45,728 nt of DNA, taken from NCBI GenBank assembly GCA_044451485.1, contig JBIOKD010000002.1, forward strand, positions 1 through 45,728. The letters run 5' to 3'. This document shows, piece after piece, positions 25,233 to 33,893 of the stretch. The translations under genes and the position numbers were made by a program. This DNA is from Candidatus Eiseniibacteriota bacterium (GTDB lineage Bacteria > Eisenbacteria > RBG-16-71-46). Below the pieces are notes generated by a model. The model searched no databases, was not told the DNA's origin, and saw nothing but the letters and a program-made list of their open reading frames with translations. Positions within the stretch are counted from its first letter, which is position 1. Each line of letters begins with the position of its first letter.

Positions 25233-26674
25233 GCAGCGCGCCGCGCCCGCTGCCGGCGCCATCACCCGCCGAGCTCCGCGCGCGCGCGCAACGCGGCGCC
25301 CAGGGGCTGGCGACCGCGGCGATCCCGATCGTGAGCGGCATGGTCGCGATCGGGCTGGTGCTGGTCTTCGTGGTGCTCGATTACGTGATGGGCGCCAACG
25401 TGCATCGGCTGGTCAAGCTGCTGATCGGGCTGTCGGCGATGGTCGGTCTGGTCGCCAACTCGACCATCGGACTCTTCATCCTGCCCATCGCCAACCCGAT
25501 GCTCGGTCTCCTTCCCAAGCTGCCGCTGCCGGGTCTCAACACCCTGAACGTGGTCCTGCTGGGGATCTTCGTGCCGTTCGCCATCCAGCGCACGTTCCGA
25601 CGCCAGCAGGTCCTGCGCGGCGGCACGCTGACGCTGCCACTGCTGCTGCTGCTGGTCCTGCTCGCGCTGTCGGTGCTGCGCGGTGCGGCATTCCCGACCG
25701 GGTACGTCTACGAGGCGGGTGACGCGGGGCTGAGTGTCTTCCGTTGCTTCATGACCTTCACGGTTTACTTCATCACCTACGCCATCGTGACCGGGGAACA
25801 GGCGAGACGGCGCATGACGTGGGCGATCGTGCTGGGTGCGCTGGTCGAGAGTCTGTACGCGATCATGACCGGCCGGAGCGACCACGGCCGCGCCGGCGGA
25901 TCCATGCGACAGGCCAACGAGCTGGGAGCGTATCTGGCGATGTTCGCCTCGTTCGCGTTCGCGATGTCCTTCGGCGTGAACAAGTGGTGGCAGCGGGTCC
26001 TCGCCTGGGGGACGTTCGGGCTGGCCTCGGTGGGGGTGCTGTTCTCGGTATCGCGGGGCGGCATGGTGGCGCTGGCGCTGGCGACCCTGTGGGTCACCTG
26101 GCGCTCGGCCCGCTGGGTGACGCTGGCGATCGTGCTCGTGCTTGCCACCAGTCCCGCGTGGCTGCCCGACTACGCGATGGAGCGCATCCACATGACCACC
26201 TCCGGCCCCGGTGACAGCGAGGACGAGAGCGGCGGACTCGATCCCGGGGCCGAGTCGAGGGTCAACACCTGGCATACCATCCTGCACATCGTCCAGGACC
26301 ACGCCATCGAGGGCATCGGGTTCGAGTCGTTGCATTACGTGCTCCCCCAGGCCGGCGAGGAGCTCGGTCTTCACGTCAAGGACTCGTCGCACAACACCTT
26401 CTTCCGGTTGCTGGCCGAGGCGGGGATCTTCGGACTGGGCGCGTTCCTGTTCCTCTTCTACCGCGTGTTCCGACTCGCCGAGACCGGTGTGCGCCTTGCC
26501 CGTGATCGGTTCGATCGCCAGCTTTCGGTGGGATTGTCGGGCGCGGCGCTGGCGCTGTTCGTCTCGTGCTGGTTCGGGGACCGGTTCTTCCAGATCATGA
26601 TCACCGGCAACCTGTGGGTGGCGTGTGCGCTGGTGGACGACCTGGTTCACGAGCGGCGGAGCGTGCCGGCGTGA
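25229..26674 (+). CDS. O-antigen ligase / Wzy-like polytopic membrane protein (Wzy_C family)
   Basis: About 10-12 TM segments. VLFSVSRGGMVALALATLWV and a periplasmic loop ...HIVQDHAIEGIGFESL...SSHNTFFRLLAEAGIFGLGAFLFLFY, typical of Wzy_C. ATGA overlap. Confidence 0.75.
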   Translation: MSSAPRPLPAPSPAELRARAQRGAQGLATAAIPIVSGMVAIGLVLVFVVLDYVMGANVHRLVKLLIGLSAMVGLVANSTIGLFILPIANPMLGLLPKLPLPGLNTLNVVLLGIFVPFAIQRTFRRQQVLRGGTLTLPLLLLLVLLALSVLRGAAFPTGYVYEAGDAGLSVFRCFMTFTVYFITYAIVTGEQARRRMTWAIVLGALVESLYAIMTGRSDHGRAGGSMRQANELGAYLAMFASFAFAMSFGVNKWWQRVLAWGTFGLASVGVLFSVSRGGMVALALATLWVTWRSARWVTLAIVLVLATSPAWLPDYAMERIHMTTSGPGDSEDESGGLDPGAESRVNTWHTILHIVQDHAIEGIGFESLHYVLPQAGEELGLHVKDSSHNTFFRLLAEAGIFGLGAFLFLFYRVFRLAETGVRLARDRFDRQLSVGLSGAALALFVSCWFGDRFFQIMITGNLWVACALVDDLVHERRSVPA

Positions 26675-27699
26675 GCACGCGCGCCGCGCGCTGGCTGTGG
26701 AGTCTGGCGCCACGCGCGACACGCGTGGTGCGTGCCGGCGCGCGCACCTCGGCGCTGGTGATCGTCCGGCATCACCGCGTGTACGCCGCCACCGAGCGGC
26801 CGCTCTATCGTCTCGGAGTCGCGGAATCGGTGCTCCGCGACCAGCTCGCGATGCTCGCACGAGAGGAGCTGACCCCGGTCACGGTCGCCGAGGGGCTCGC
26901 CCATCTCGACTCCGGTGAGCCGGGCGTGCGGGTGGCGATGAGCTTCGACGACGGCTATCGCGACAACCTCACCCGGGCGCTGCCGCTGCTGACGCGGCAC
27001 GGCGCGCGCGCGACACTCTTCCTGGCGGCCGGTCTGATCGAGGACCGTCGTGCGCCGTGGTGGGACGTGCTGGCGCACGCGCTGGAGACCACCGTGGCGA
27101 CCGTGTTGCCGCCACTGCCGGGGATCACGACGACGGCGATGCCGCTCGAGGGTCCCGCCGCTCGCCGGGAGACACTCGCGCGGCTGATCCCGGCGCTCAA
27201 GATCGAGCCGCGCACGCGCGAAGCGCGGTTGGCGGCGGTGCGCGAGACGCTGGGCATCCGTGACGCGGCGTCCTGCGCGCTGGCGCGCTGGGAGGAGCTG
27301 CCGGCGTGGACCGCGGCCGGTGGCGAGATCGGGGCCCACACCCTGACCCACCCCCACCTCACCACGCTCGACCCGGCGGAACAGCGTCGGGAGATCGCCG
27401 GATCGGTCACGTTGATCGAGAGGCGTCTGGGAGTCCGGGTCGCCGGGTTCGCCTATCCGGGCGGCGATCACGACGCCACCACGGTGGCGGTGACACGCGA
27501 GAGCGGTCCCGGCTACGCCGTGACCACGCGCGCCGGGGTCGCGACCGCGGCGAGCCCGCGTTTCGAGCTGCCCCGCCGGGGCTTCAGCGAGGGCACCTGT
27601 CTCGGCCCCGGCGGACGATTCTCGCGCCGGCTGGCGCTCGCCGAGCTGGACGGCGTGTTCGATCGCATGCGCGCCGCGCGTGACGGGGTGGCGTCGTGA
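26671..27699 (+). CDS. Polysaccharide deacetylase (NodB homology domain)
   Basis: VAMSFDDGYRDN (motif 1), IGAHTLTHPHL (motif 2), FAYPGG. GTGA overlap. Confidence 0.8.
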   Translation: MSTRAARWLWSLAPRATRVVRAGARTSALVIVRHHRVYAATERPLYRLGVAESVLRDQLAMLAREELTPVTVAEGLAHLDSGEPGVRVAMSFDDGYRDNLTRALPLLTRHGARATLFLAAGLIEDRRAPWWDVLAHALETTVATVLPPLPGITTTAMPLEGPAARRETLARLIPALKIEPRTREARLAAVRETLGIRDAASCALARWEELPAWTAAGGEIGAHTLTHPHLTTLDPAEQRREIAGSVTLIERRLGVRVAGFAYPGGDHDATTVAVTRESGPGYAVTTRAGVATAASPRFELPRRGFSEGTCLGPGGRFSRRLALAELDGVFDRMRAARDGVAS

Positions 27700-28871
27700 G
27701 CGCGGTCGATCCCATCGTGACGCGACATCCCGAGACCGTCACGACACCCGGTCCCGGCCGCATCCGGGTGCTCTACGTGGTCAACAACTTCGTGGCCGGT
27801 GGCGCCGAGCGGCATCTGCTCGAGCTGTGGCGACGCATCGATCGCGGCCGCTTCGAGGTCGAGATCGCGTGCTTCCGGCACGAGGGCCGCTTCCTCGACG
27901 ATGTGGAGAAGCTGGGCTGGCCGGTGCACCACCTGTCGGTGCCCAAGACCCTCTACACGCCGGCCGGGGTGGTGGGTCTATGGCGGCTCGTGCAATTGGT
28001 GCGGGCGCGGCGACCCGACGTCATCCACGGCTATCTGTTCGGACCGAACCTGTTCGCGGCCCTGGCGGGCCGTTGGTGCGGGGTGCGCGCGGTGGTGGTG
28101 GCGAAGCGCAACGTCGACGCCTTCGAGACCCCGCGTCAGATCGCGGTGCAACGGCTCTCGCACCGCCTGGCGACCCACGTCACCGCGGTGAGCGAGACGG
28201 TGGCGGCCACCTCGGTGGCGCTCGGCGTGCCACGCGCGCGGGTGACCGTGATCCCGAACGGGGTGGACGTGGGTCGCTTCGACGTGTCACCCCACACCCG
28301 TTCACAGCTCGGTCTCGATCCCGCGGCGCCGGTGATCGGGAGCGTGGGATGTCTTGAGGCGCGCAAGGACTACGGCACGCTGTTCGACGCTCTCGAACGG
28401 CTGGCCGCGGCGGGTCGGGTCTTCCAGGTGATGCTGGTCGGCGACGGCAGCGAGCGCGCGGCACTCGAGACCCGGGCCGCGTCACTGGGCCGGCCGGTTC
28501 GCTTTCTCGGCGAGCGGGGCGACGTGGAGCGACTGCTGCCGGTGATGGACGTGTTCGTGCTCTCGTCACGCGAGGAGGGCATCCCGAACGCGCTGCTCGA
28601 GGCCATGGCGGCGGCGCGCCCGTGTGTCGCGACGTCGGTGGGTGGCACCCCCGAGGTGCTCGCCGACGGGGTGACCGGCTGGCTGGTGCCACCCGCCGAC
28701 GCGTCCGCGTTGGCGACCGCGATCGCCGAGGCGCTCGACCACCCCGACGAGGCGATGCGCCGTGCCACCGCGGCCCGCCGCGAGATGATCGATCAACGCA
28801 GCATCGACGCGATGGTCCGGCTCCACGAGCGGTTCTACAACGATGTCACCGGTGGGCGGGAGTCGTCATGA
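27696..28871 (+). CDS. Glycosyltransferase family 4 (GT-B)
   Basis: RVLYVVNNFVAGGAERHLLEL..., C-terminal VFVLSSREEGIPNALLEAMAAARPCVATSVGGTPEVLADGVTGWLV (EX7E region). GTGA overlap. Confidence 0.85.
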   Translation: MSAVDPIVTRHPETVTTPGPGRIRVLYVVNNFVAGGAERHLLELWRRIDRGRFEVEIACFRHEGRFLDDVEKLGWPVHHLSVPKTLYTPAGVVGLWRLVQLVRARRPDVIHGYLFGPNLFAALAGRWCGVRAVVVAKRNVDAFETPRQIAVQRLSHRLATHVTAVSETVAATSVALGVPRARVTVIPNGVDVGRFDVSPHTRSQLGLDPAAPVIGSVGCLEARKDYGTLFDALERLAAAGRVFQVMLVGDGSERAALETRAASLGRPVRFLGERGDVERLLPVMDVFVLSSREEGIPNALLEAMAAARPCVATSVGGTPEVLADGVTGWLVPPADASALATAIAEALDHPDEAMRRATAARREMIDQRSIDAMVRLHERFYNDVTGGRESS

Positions 28872-30136
28872 GACCCATCGTCTACGTCACCACCGCGTTC
28901 CCGACCCAGACCTTCTTCCTCGAGAACGAGGTACACCGCCTGCTCGCCCGTGGCATCGACGTGCGGGTCTACCGTCTGCGCGGTCGGGGTCGCAACGTGC
29001 AGCCCGAACACCGCTCGCTCGAGCGGATCACGGTCTCGGTCGGCTCGCCCCTCGATCCCCGGTCCTGGCTCGATCTGCTGGTCTGGCTGGCACGCAAGCC
29101 CCACGTGTTGATCCCGGAGGTGGCCCGGGTGCTGTGGGCGTCGCGCTCCAGTCTGTACGCGATGGTCGGGCATCTCGGGTACCTGCCCGCGACCGCGCGG
29201 GTCGCCAGCCGGGTGGAGCGCGATCGTGTCGGCCGGCTCCACGCCGGATGGGCGCACTTCCCGGGCACGGTGGCGTATCTCGCTTCACGGCTCACCGGGG
29301 CGCGGTTCAGCATGACCGCGCATGCCGGCTCCGACCTGTACCGCACCCAGGCCTTCCTGGCACCGAAGGTGCGCGCCGCCGACTTCGTGACCGCCTGCGT
29401 GCGCGGGAACGCCGATATGCTGCGTCGCATGGGCGGTCCGGGCGCCCGGGTCGAGTGGCTGTACCACGGCGTGGATCGCACCCGCTTCGACGGCAGCGGT
29501 CGCGCCCGTCGCCCGCGGCCGCTGCTGCTCACGGTGGGCCGTCTGCACGCGGGCAAGGGCTACGACGTCGCGTTGCGGGTGCTGGCTGCGGTGCGCGCGG
29601 CCGGTCACGACGCGCGGCTGGTGCTGGTGGGTGAGGGACCGGAAGGCCCACCACTGCGAAAGCTGGCCGCCGGTCTCGGAGTCGCCACGCACGCGGAGTT
29701 CCGCGGCGCGCTGGCGCAGCGCGACATCATGCCGCTCTATCGCGAGGCATGGCTGCTCCTCGCGCCATGCCGCGTGCTCGCCAACGGCCGTCGCGATGGC
29801 ATCCCGAACGTGATCGTCGAGGCCATGGCGATGGGTCTGCCGTGCGCCGGCACCCGTGCCGCCGGTCTCGAGGAGGCGATCGTCGACGGTGTCACCGGGA
29901 CGCTCACGCCACAGGACGACGTCGAGGCGATGACCGCCGCGGTGCTCCCGCTGCTCGCCGACCCGACACGGATCGATCGCATGGGAGAACAGGCGCGCGC
30001 CGTGGTGCGCGACGACTTCGACGTCGAGCGAAACTTCCAGCGTCTCCTCGAGCTGTTCCAGACCGACGGCGCGGCGGCCGCCGTCGCGTCCGCCGAGACC
30101 CCGGCCACCGGCACCGATCCGGGGGTGTCGCGATGA
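28868..30136 (+). CDS. Glycosyltransferase family 4 (WcaL-like)
   Basis: MRPIVYVTTAFPTQTFFLENEV...HAGWAHFPGTVAYLASRLTG..., C-terminal NGRRDGIPNVIVEAMAMGLPCAGTRAAGLEEAIVDGVTGTL. ATGA overlap. Confidence 0.8.
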   Translation: MRPIVYVTTAFPTQTFFLENEVHRLLARGIDVRVYRLRGRGRNVQPEHRSLERITVSVGSPLDPRSWLDLLVWLARKPHVLIPEVARVLWASRSSLYAMVGHLGYLPATARVASRVERDRVGRLHAGWAHFPGTVAYLASRLTGARFSMTAHAGSDLYRTQAFLAPKVRAADFVTACVRGNADMLRRMGGPGARVEWLYHGVDRTRFDGSGRARRPRPLLLTVGRLHAGKGYDVALRVLAAVRAAGHDARLVLVGEGPEGPPLRKLAAGLGVATHAEFRGALAQRDIMPLYREAWLLLAPCRVLANGRRDGIPNVIVEAMAMGLPCAGTRAAGLEEAIVDGVTGTLTPQDDVEAMTAAVLPLLADPTRIDRMGEQARAVVRDDFDVERNFQRLLELFQTDGAAAAVASAETPATGTDPGVSR

Positions 30137-31257
30137 AGATCGTTCACGTGGTGGAGTCGATGCGCCGCGGCGGCGCCGAGAGCGTGGTGGTGGAGCACGT
30201 CCGGCACGCCGGCCCCGGGTTCGAGACCGCTGTGGTGGCACTCAACGACGGCGGTCCGGCGCTGGAGGAGGCGCGCGCCGCCGGGGCCCGCGCGTACCAC
30301 ATCGGTAAGCACGGAGCTCGGCTGGACGGGATCACGCGGCTCGCCGCGATCCTGCGCGAGGAGCATCCCGACGTGGTCAACGGTCACAACGCCACCGGTG
30401 GTCTGTACGCGGTCATGGCCGCGCGTCTGGCTGGAATCCCGGTGGTGTTTCGCACCGAGCACACCCTGCACTTCCCGGCCCGTCATTCCGTCGTCTATCC
30501 GTTCCTCGAGCCGCTGGCGACCGCCCTCACGCGACGCGTGGTGTGCGTGTGCCAGGCCGTGCTGGAAAGCCACGTCAGTCGCCTGCCCTGGGCGGCACGG
30601 CGCTTCGTCACCGTGGCCAACGGCATCTCGCCTGCACCGCACACCCGCCCGCGTGAGGACGTGCGCCACGAGCTCGGCATGGGCGAAGCGGACACGCTGG
30701 TGCTGTCGGTCGGCAGCCTGACGCCGCAGAAGGCCCAGGACGTCCTGATCGACGCTTTCGCCGTCGCGGCTCCGCGCTCTCCGTCGGCACGGCTCGTGAT
30801 CGCCGGCGAGGGGCCGCTGCGTGGCGCTCTCGAGAGCCGTATCGCGACGCTCGGTCTCGCGGAGCGGGTACGGCTGCTCGGCGACCGGTCGGACGCGGCG
30901 GATCTGATGGCGGCGGCCGATCTGTTCGTGCTGTCGTCCCGGCGGGAGGGGCTGCCGATGACGTTGATCGAGGCGATGCGTGCCGGTTGCGCCGCGGTCT
31001 CGACCCGGATCGGCGGCACCGGAGAGGCGATCGAGGACGGGGTCACCGGACGGCTGGTCGGGGTCGGGGACGTCGCGGCGCTCGGCGACGTGATCGCCAC
31101 ACTGCTCGACGACCACGCCACGCGACGCGCGTACGGAACGGCGGGTCGGGCGCGATTCCACGCACGATTCACCGCCGAACGCATGGTGCGCGAGACCGAG
31201 GCGCTCTATCGCGAGGTCGGTGGCGTGTCGGCGTGGCGTGCGGGGAGCGCGGCGTGA
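30133..31257 (+). CDS. Glycosyltransferase family 4
   Basis: MKIVHVVESMRRGGAESVVVEH..., C-terminal LFVLSSRREGLPMTLIEAMRAGCAAVSTRIGGTGEAIEDGVTGRLV. ATGA overlap. Confidence 0.85.
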   Translation: MKIVHVVESMRRGGAESVVVEHVRHAGPGFETAVVALNDGGPALEEARAAGARAYHIGKHGARLDGITRLAAILREEHPDVVNGHNATGGLYAVMAARLAGIPVVFRTEHTLHFPARHSVVYPFLEPLATALTRRVVCVCQAVLESHVSRLPWAARRFVTVANGISPAPHTRPREDVRHELGMGEADTLVLSVGSLTPQKAQDVLIDAFAVAAPRSPSARLVIAGEGPLRGALESRIATLGLAERVRLLGDRSDAADLMAAADLFVLSSRREGLPMTLIEAMRAGCAAVSTRIGGTGEAIEDGVTGRLVGVGDVAALGDVIATLLDDHATRRAYGTAGRARFHARFTAERMVRETEALYREVGGVSAWRAGSAA

Positions 31258-32318
31258 GCGGCCCGCACGTGTGGTCCACCCACGACCCGCTTCCGCCGGC
31301 GTTCGCCGAGGATTGGGCGCGCCGTCTCCAGGCCAGCCCGCTGTCGCACTTCGGCATGCGGCTCGACTACCTCGCGTGGCAGGCGCGACACGGCGAGCAT
31401 GCGCTCGCCGTGCTCGTGGACGACGGGTTCCCCGGCGCCATGGTGCTGCGCGAGTCACCCGGCGTCTGGGCGTGCGGGTGGCCGTGGCGGTGGCAGATCG
31501 TCGTCGAGGGGGGTCTGGGAGCGACCGGCATCACGCCCGCCCAGTCGAGCGAGCTGGCCCGTGTGGCCGAGCGGCTCGTGCCCGGACGACGTCTCGAGTT
31601 CTTCGCCCCCGGTCAGACGCCCGCCGGATGGCCGGGGTTCAAGGCCGGTCCCACGATCGTTCTCGATCTCACCGAGCCCGAGGAGGCGCTGTGGAAGGCG
31701 CTCGACAAGTCGAAGCAGTCGAGCATCCGGAAGGCGGGGCGTGACGGACTGGTGGTGACGGTCGCCGACCGACCCGAGCAGTTCCGCGCCTTCCAGCGTC
31801 TGCAGTCGGAGACCGAGGCGCGTCGCCGCGCACCGCACTCGGACGGCGGATCCGACGCCGCGGACCCGGCGCCGGCGGCAACGGCGAACCCGGGGCCCGA
31901 CCCGGCGCCCGGCGAGGGCTGGCGGGAGTGGGAGCTGCCCTGGCACTGGCTGCTGGTGGCCGAGCGGGATGGCGTGGTCGAAGGCGGATCCGGATTCGGC
32001 ACCGCGCCGGGCGGCACGCTCGACTATCGCACCAACGCCTCGTCGCTGGCCGGACGGAAGGCCGGCGCGAACTTCCTGCTCGCGTGGGAGGCGGTGCGGC
32101 GCGGGCGCGAGGTGGGTTATCGCCGCATGAATTGGGGTGGCGCGACGCGCTTCAAGCGCGACATGCGTGGCGCGCTGGTCGAGGTGTACTGCGGACTGGG
32201 TGGAGGCGCGGCCTGGCGTCTCCCGAACGAGCTCACGGCTTCGGTGCGTCGGGCCCGCCCGAAGGTGGCGGCCTGGTGGCGCGGGCTCAGGCGGACCGGG
32301 GAGGGCACGGCGCGATGA
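31254..32318 (+). CDS. FemAB-like / GNAT-fold acyl(aminoacyl)transferase of the type found in PEP-CTERM EPS loci
   Basis: Two-lobe FemAB-like layout: ...TIVLDLTEPEEALWKALDKSKQSSIRKAGRDGL... and ...LDYRTNASSLAGRKAGANFLLAWEAVRRGREVGYRRMNWGG. A Pro/Ala/Asp low-complexity insert lies between the lobes. GTGA overlap. Family call by pattern only. Confidence 0.55.
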   Translation: MSGPHVWSTHDPLPPAFAEDWARRLQASPLSHFGMRLDYLAWQARHGEHALAVLVDDGFPGAMVLRESPGVWACGWPWRWQIVVEGGLGATGITPAQSSELARVAERLVPGRRLEFFAPGQTPAGWPGFKAGPTIVLDLTEPEEALWKALDKSKQSSIRKAGRDGLVVTVADRPEQFRAFQRLQSETEARRRAPHSDGGSDAADPAPAATANPGPDPAPGEGWREWELPWHWLLVAERDGVVEGGSGFGTAPGGTLDYRTNASSLAGRKAGANFLLAWEAVRRGREVGYRRMNWGGATRFKRDMRGALVEVYCGLGGGAAWRLPNELTASVRRARPKVAAWWRGLRRTGEGTAR

Positions 32319-33169
32319 ACGATGGCGAGACGCGCGCTCGATTCGAGGGGTTCCTGCGCTGGACGATCGAGGTCGAGTACCCCGCCCATGCGCGCTTCCT
32401 CGCGTCGGAGGAGGGCCGGGCGTTCGGCGACTACTATCGCAGCCTGCCGGCATCCGGCGACCACGTGGCGATCGCCCGTCTGTTGCGCGGCACCTGGCGT
32501 GGGGATGCCGGCTGGACCGCGCGCTGGCTCGCCACCCGCGATCATCCGGTCGTGCTCGATGCCGGCTCGGGCTTCGGGACCTTCGCGATGCTGTACGCGT
32601 CGGTCGGGGCGGAGGTGCTGGCGGTGGACCTGCGACCCGACCGGTTGTCGGCGGCGGAGAAGCGGCTCGCGTTCCATCGCGAGACCACCGGCGAGTCGCT
32701 TGCGGTGACCCAGCTGCGAGCCGACCTCACTCGTCCGTGGCCGCGGCCGGTGGATCTGGTCTGGGTGTACAACGCGATCTCCCACATCGACCCGCTCGAT
32801 CCATTCATCGCCCAGGTGCGCGAGCACCTGAAGCCGGGCGGGGTGCTGGTGGTGGGGGACATCAACGGGGCGAACCCACGGCACCTCGCGCGTCTGTCCC
32901 AGGTCCGCACCGAGGTGCACCAGGAGTACGTGGCCCCCGACGGCCAGCGTCACGCCTACGCGGTGGAGCGCACGTTTTCGCCGGCGGAGATGCGCCAGGT
33001 CATGGAGCGCAACGGTCTCCGCGTGCTGCACCACGAGGTGTACTTCGGAGGTCTGGGCTCGCTGCCCGATCCCGTGTACCACGGGCTGGTGGCCCCGCTG
33101 CAACGACAGTGGCGGCTCGGAGGCCGGCGCGCGCGCCGACAGCTCGTGGTGGCCGGTCGCGTGTCGTGA
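32315..33169 (+). CDS. Class I SAM-dependent methyltransferase
   Basis: VLDAGSGFGTFAMLYASVGAEVLAVD (motif I), LVWVYNAISHI, LKPGGVLVVGD. ATGA overlap. Confidence 0.8.
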   Translation: MNDGETRARFEGFLRWTIEVEYPAHARFLASEEGRAFGDYYRSLPASGDHVAIARLLRGTWRGDAGWTARWLATRDHPVVLDAGSGFGTFAMLYASVGAEVLAVDLRPDRLSAAEKRLAFHRETTGESLAVTQLRADLTRPWPRPVDLVWVYNAISHIDPLDPFIAQVREHLKPGGVLVVGDINGANPRHLARLSQVRTEVHQEYVAPDGQRHAYAVERTFSPAEMRQVMERNGLRVLHHEVYFGGLGSLPDPVYHGLVAPLQRQWRLGGRRARRQLVVAGRVS

Positions 33170-33176
33170 GGCGGCG

Positions 33177-33815
33177 ATGAGCGGGGAGCCGGAGCGCACC
33201 GGTCGGCCGGCCGGGCGTGTGGTGGCGCCGGCGCCGGGTGGCTTCTACGGTCCGCTCAAACGGGCGGCCGATGTTGCGCTCGCCCTCGCGCTGCTCCTGG
33301 CGGTGTCGCCGGTGATGATCGCCGTGGGGCTCGCCATACGACTCGATTCGCCGGGCCCGGCCCTGTTCCGACAGCGACGCATCGGACGCGGGTCGCGCGA
33401 GTTTGTGATCGTCAAGTTCCGCACCATGCGTCAGGGCACACCCGATCTCGCCTCGCACCTCATGCAGGGCCAGGTCTCGGACCGTGTGACCCGCATCGGC
33501 GGGTTTCTGAGACGCTCGAGTCTCGACGAGTTGCCACAGTTGCTCAACATCCTGCACGGGGAGATGTCGTTCGTGGGGCCACGCCCGGCGCTCTTCAACC
33601 AGTACGACCTGATCGCGATGCGACAGGAGGCCGGGGTGGACGCGCTCAAACCGGGAGTGACCGGCTGGGCGCAGATCAACGGCCGCGATGAAATCCCGAT
33701 GGACCACAAGGTGTCGCTCGACCGCTGGTATCTCGAGCACTGTGGCGCGTGGACCGATCTGCTGATCCTCTTCCGCACCCCGTTCGCGTTGTTGTCCGGG
33801 CGCGGGGTCAACTAG
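33177..33815 (+). CDS. Small monotopic phosphoglycosyl transferase (PglC/WbaP-C type bacterial sugar transferase), canonical motifs
   Basis: Re-entrant helix ALALALLLAVSPVMIAVGLAIRLDSPGPALFRQRRIG, KFRTM, SLDELPQLLNILHGEMSFVGPRPA, KPGVTGWAQING. Stop TAG sits inside the palindromic element. Confidence 0.9.
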   Translation: MSGEPERTGRPAGRVVAPAPGGFYGPLKRAADVALALALLLAVSPVMIAVGLAIRLDSPGPALFRQRRIGRGSREFVIVKFRTMRQGTPDLASHLMQGQVSDRVTRIGGFLRRSSLDELPQLLNILHGEMSFVGPRPALFNQYDLIAMRQEAGVDALKPGVTGWAQINGRDEIPMDHKVSLDRWYLEHCGAWTDLLILFRTPFALLSGRGVN

Positions 33816-33875
33816 GCTCCGTTTGGAAACGCACGGCGAGCGCGCGAGGCCTGGAACGGCCACCGCGCAAGGAGC
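33812..33875. repeat. Palindromic intergenic element, copy 2 (left arm and core conserved, right arm degraded)
   Basis: CTAGGCTCCGTTTGGAAACGCACGGCGAGCGCGCGAG... matches copy 1 best in reverse complement (GGCGAGCGCGCGAG identical). The right side retains only CAAGGAGC, which runs into a GGAGGAGG Shine-Dalgarno sequence. Confidence 0.7.
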
Positions 33876-33893
33876 GAGGAGGAGGCCAGCCTT

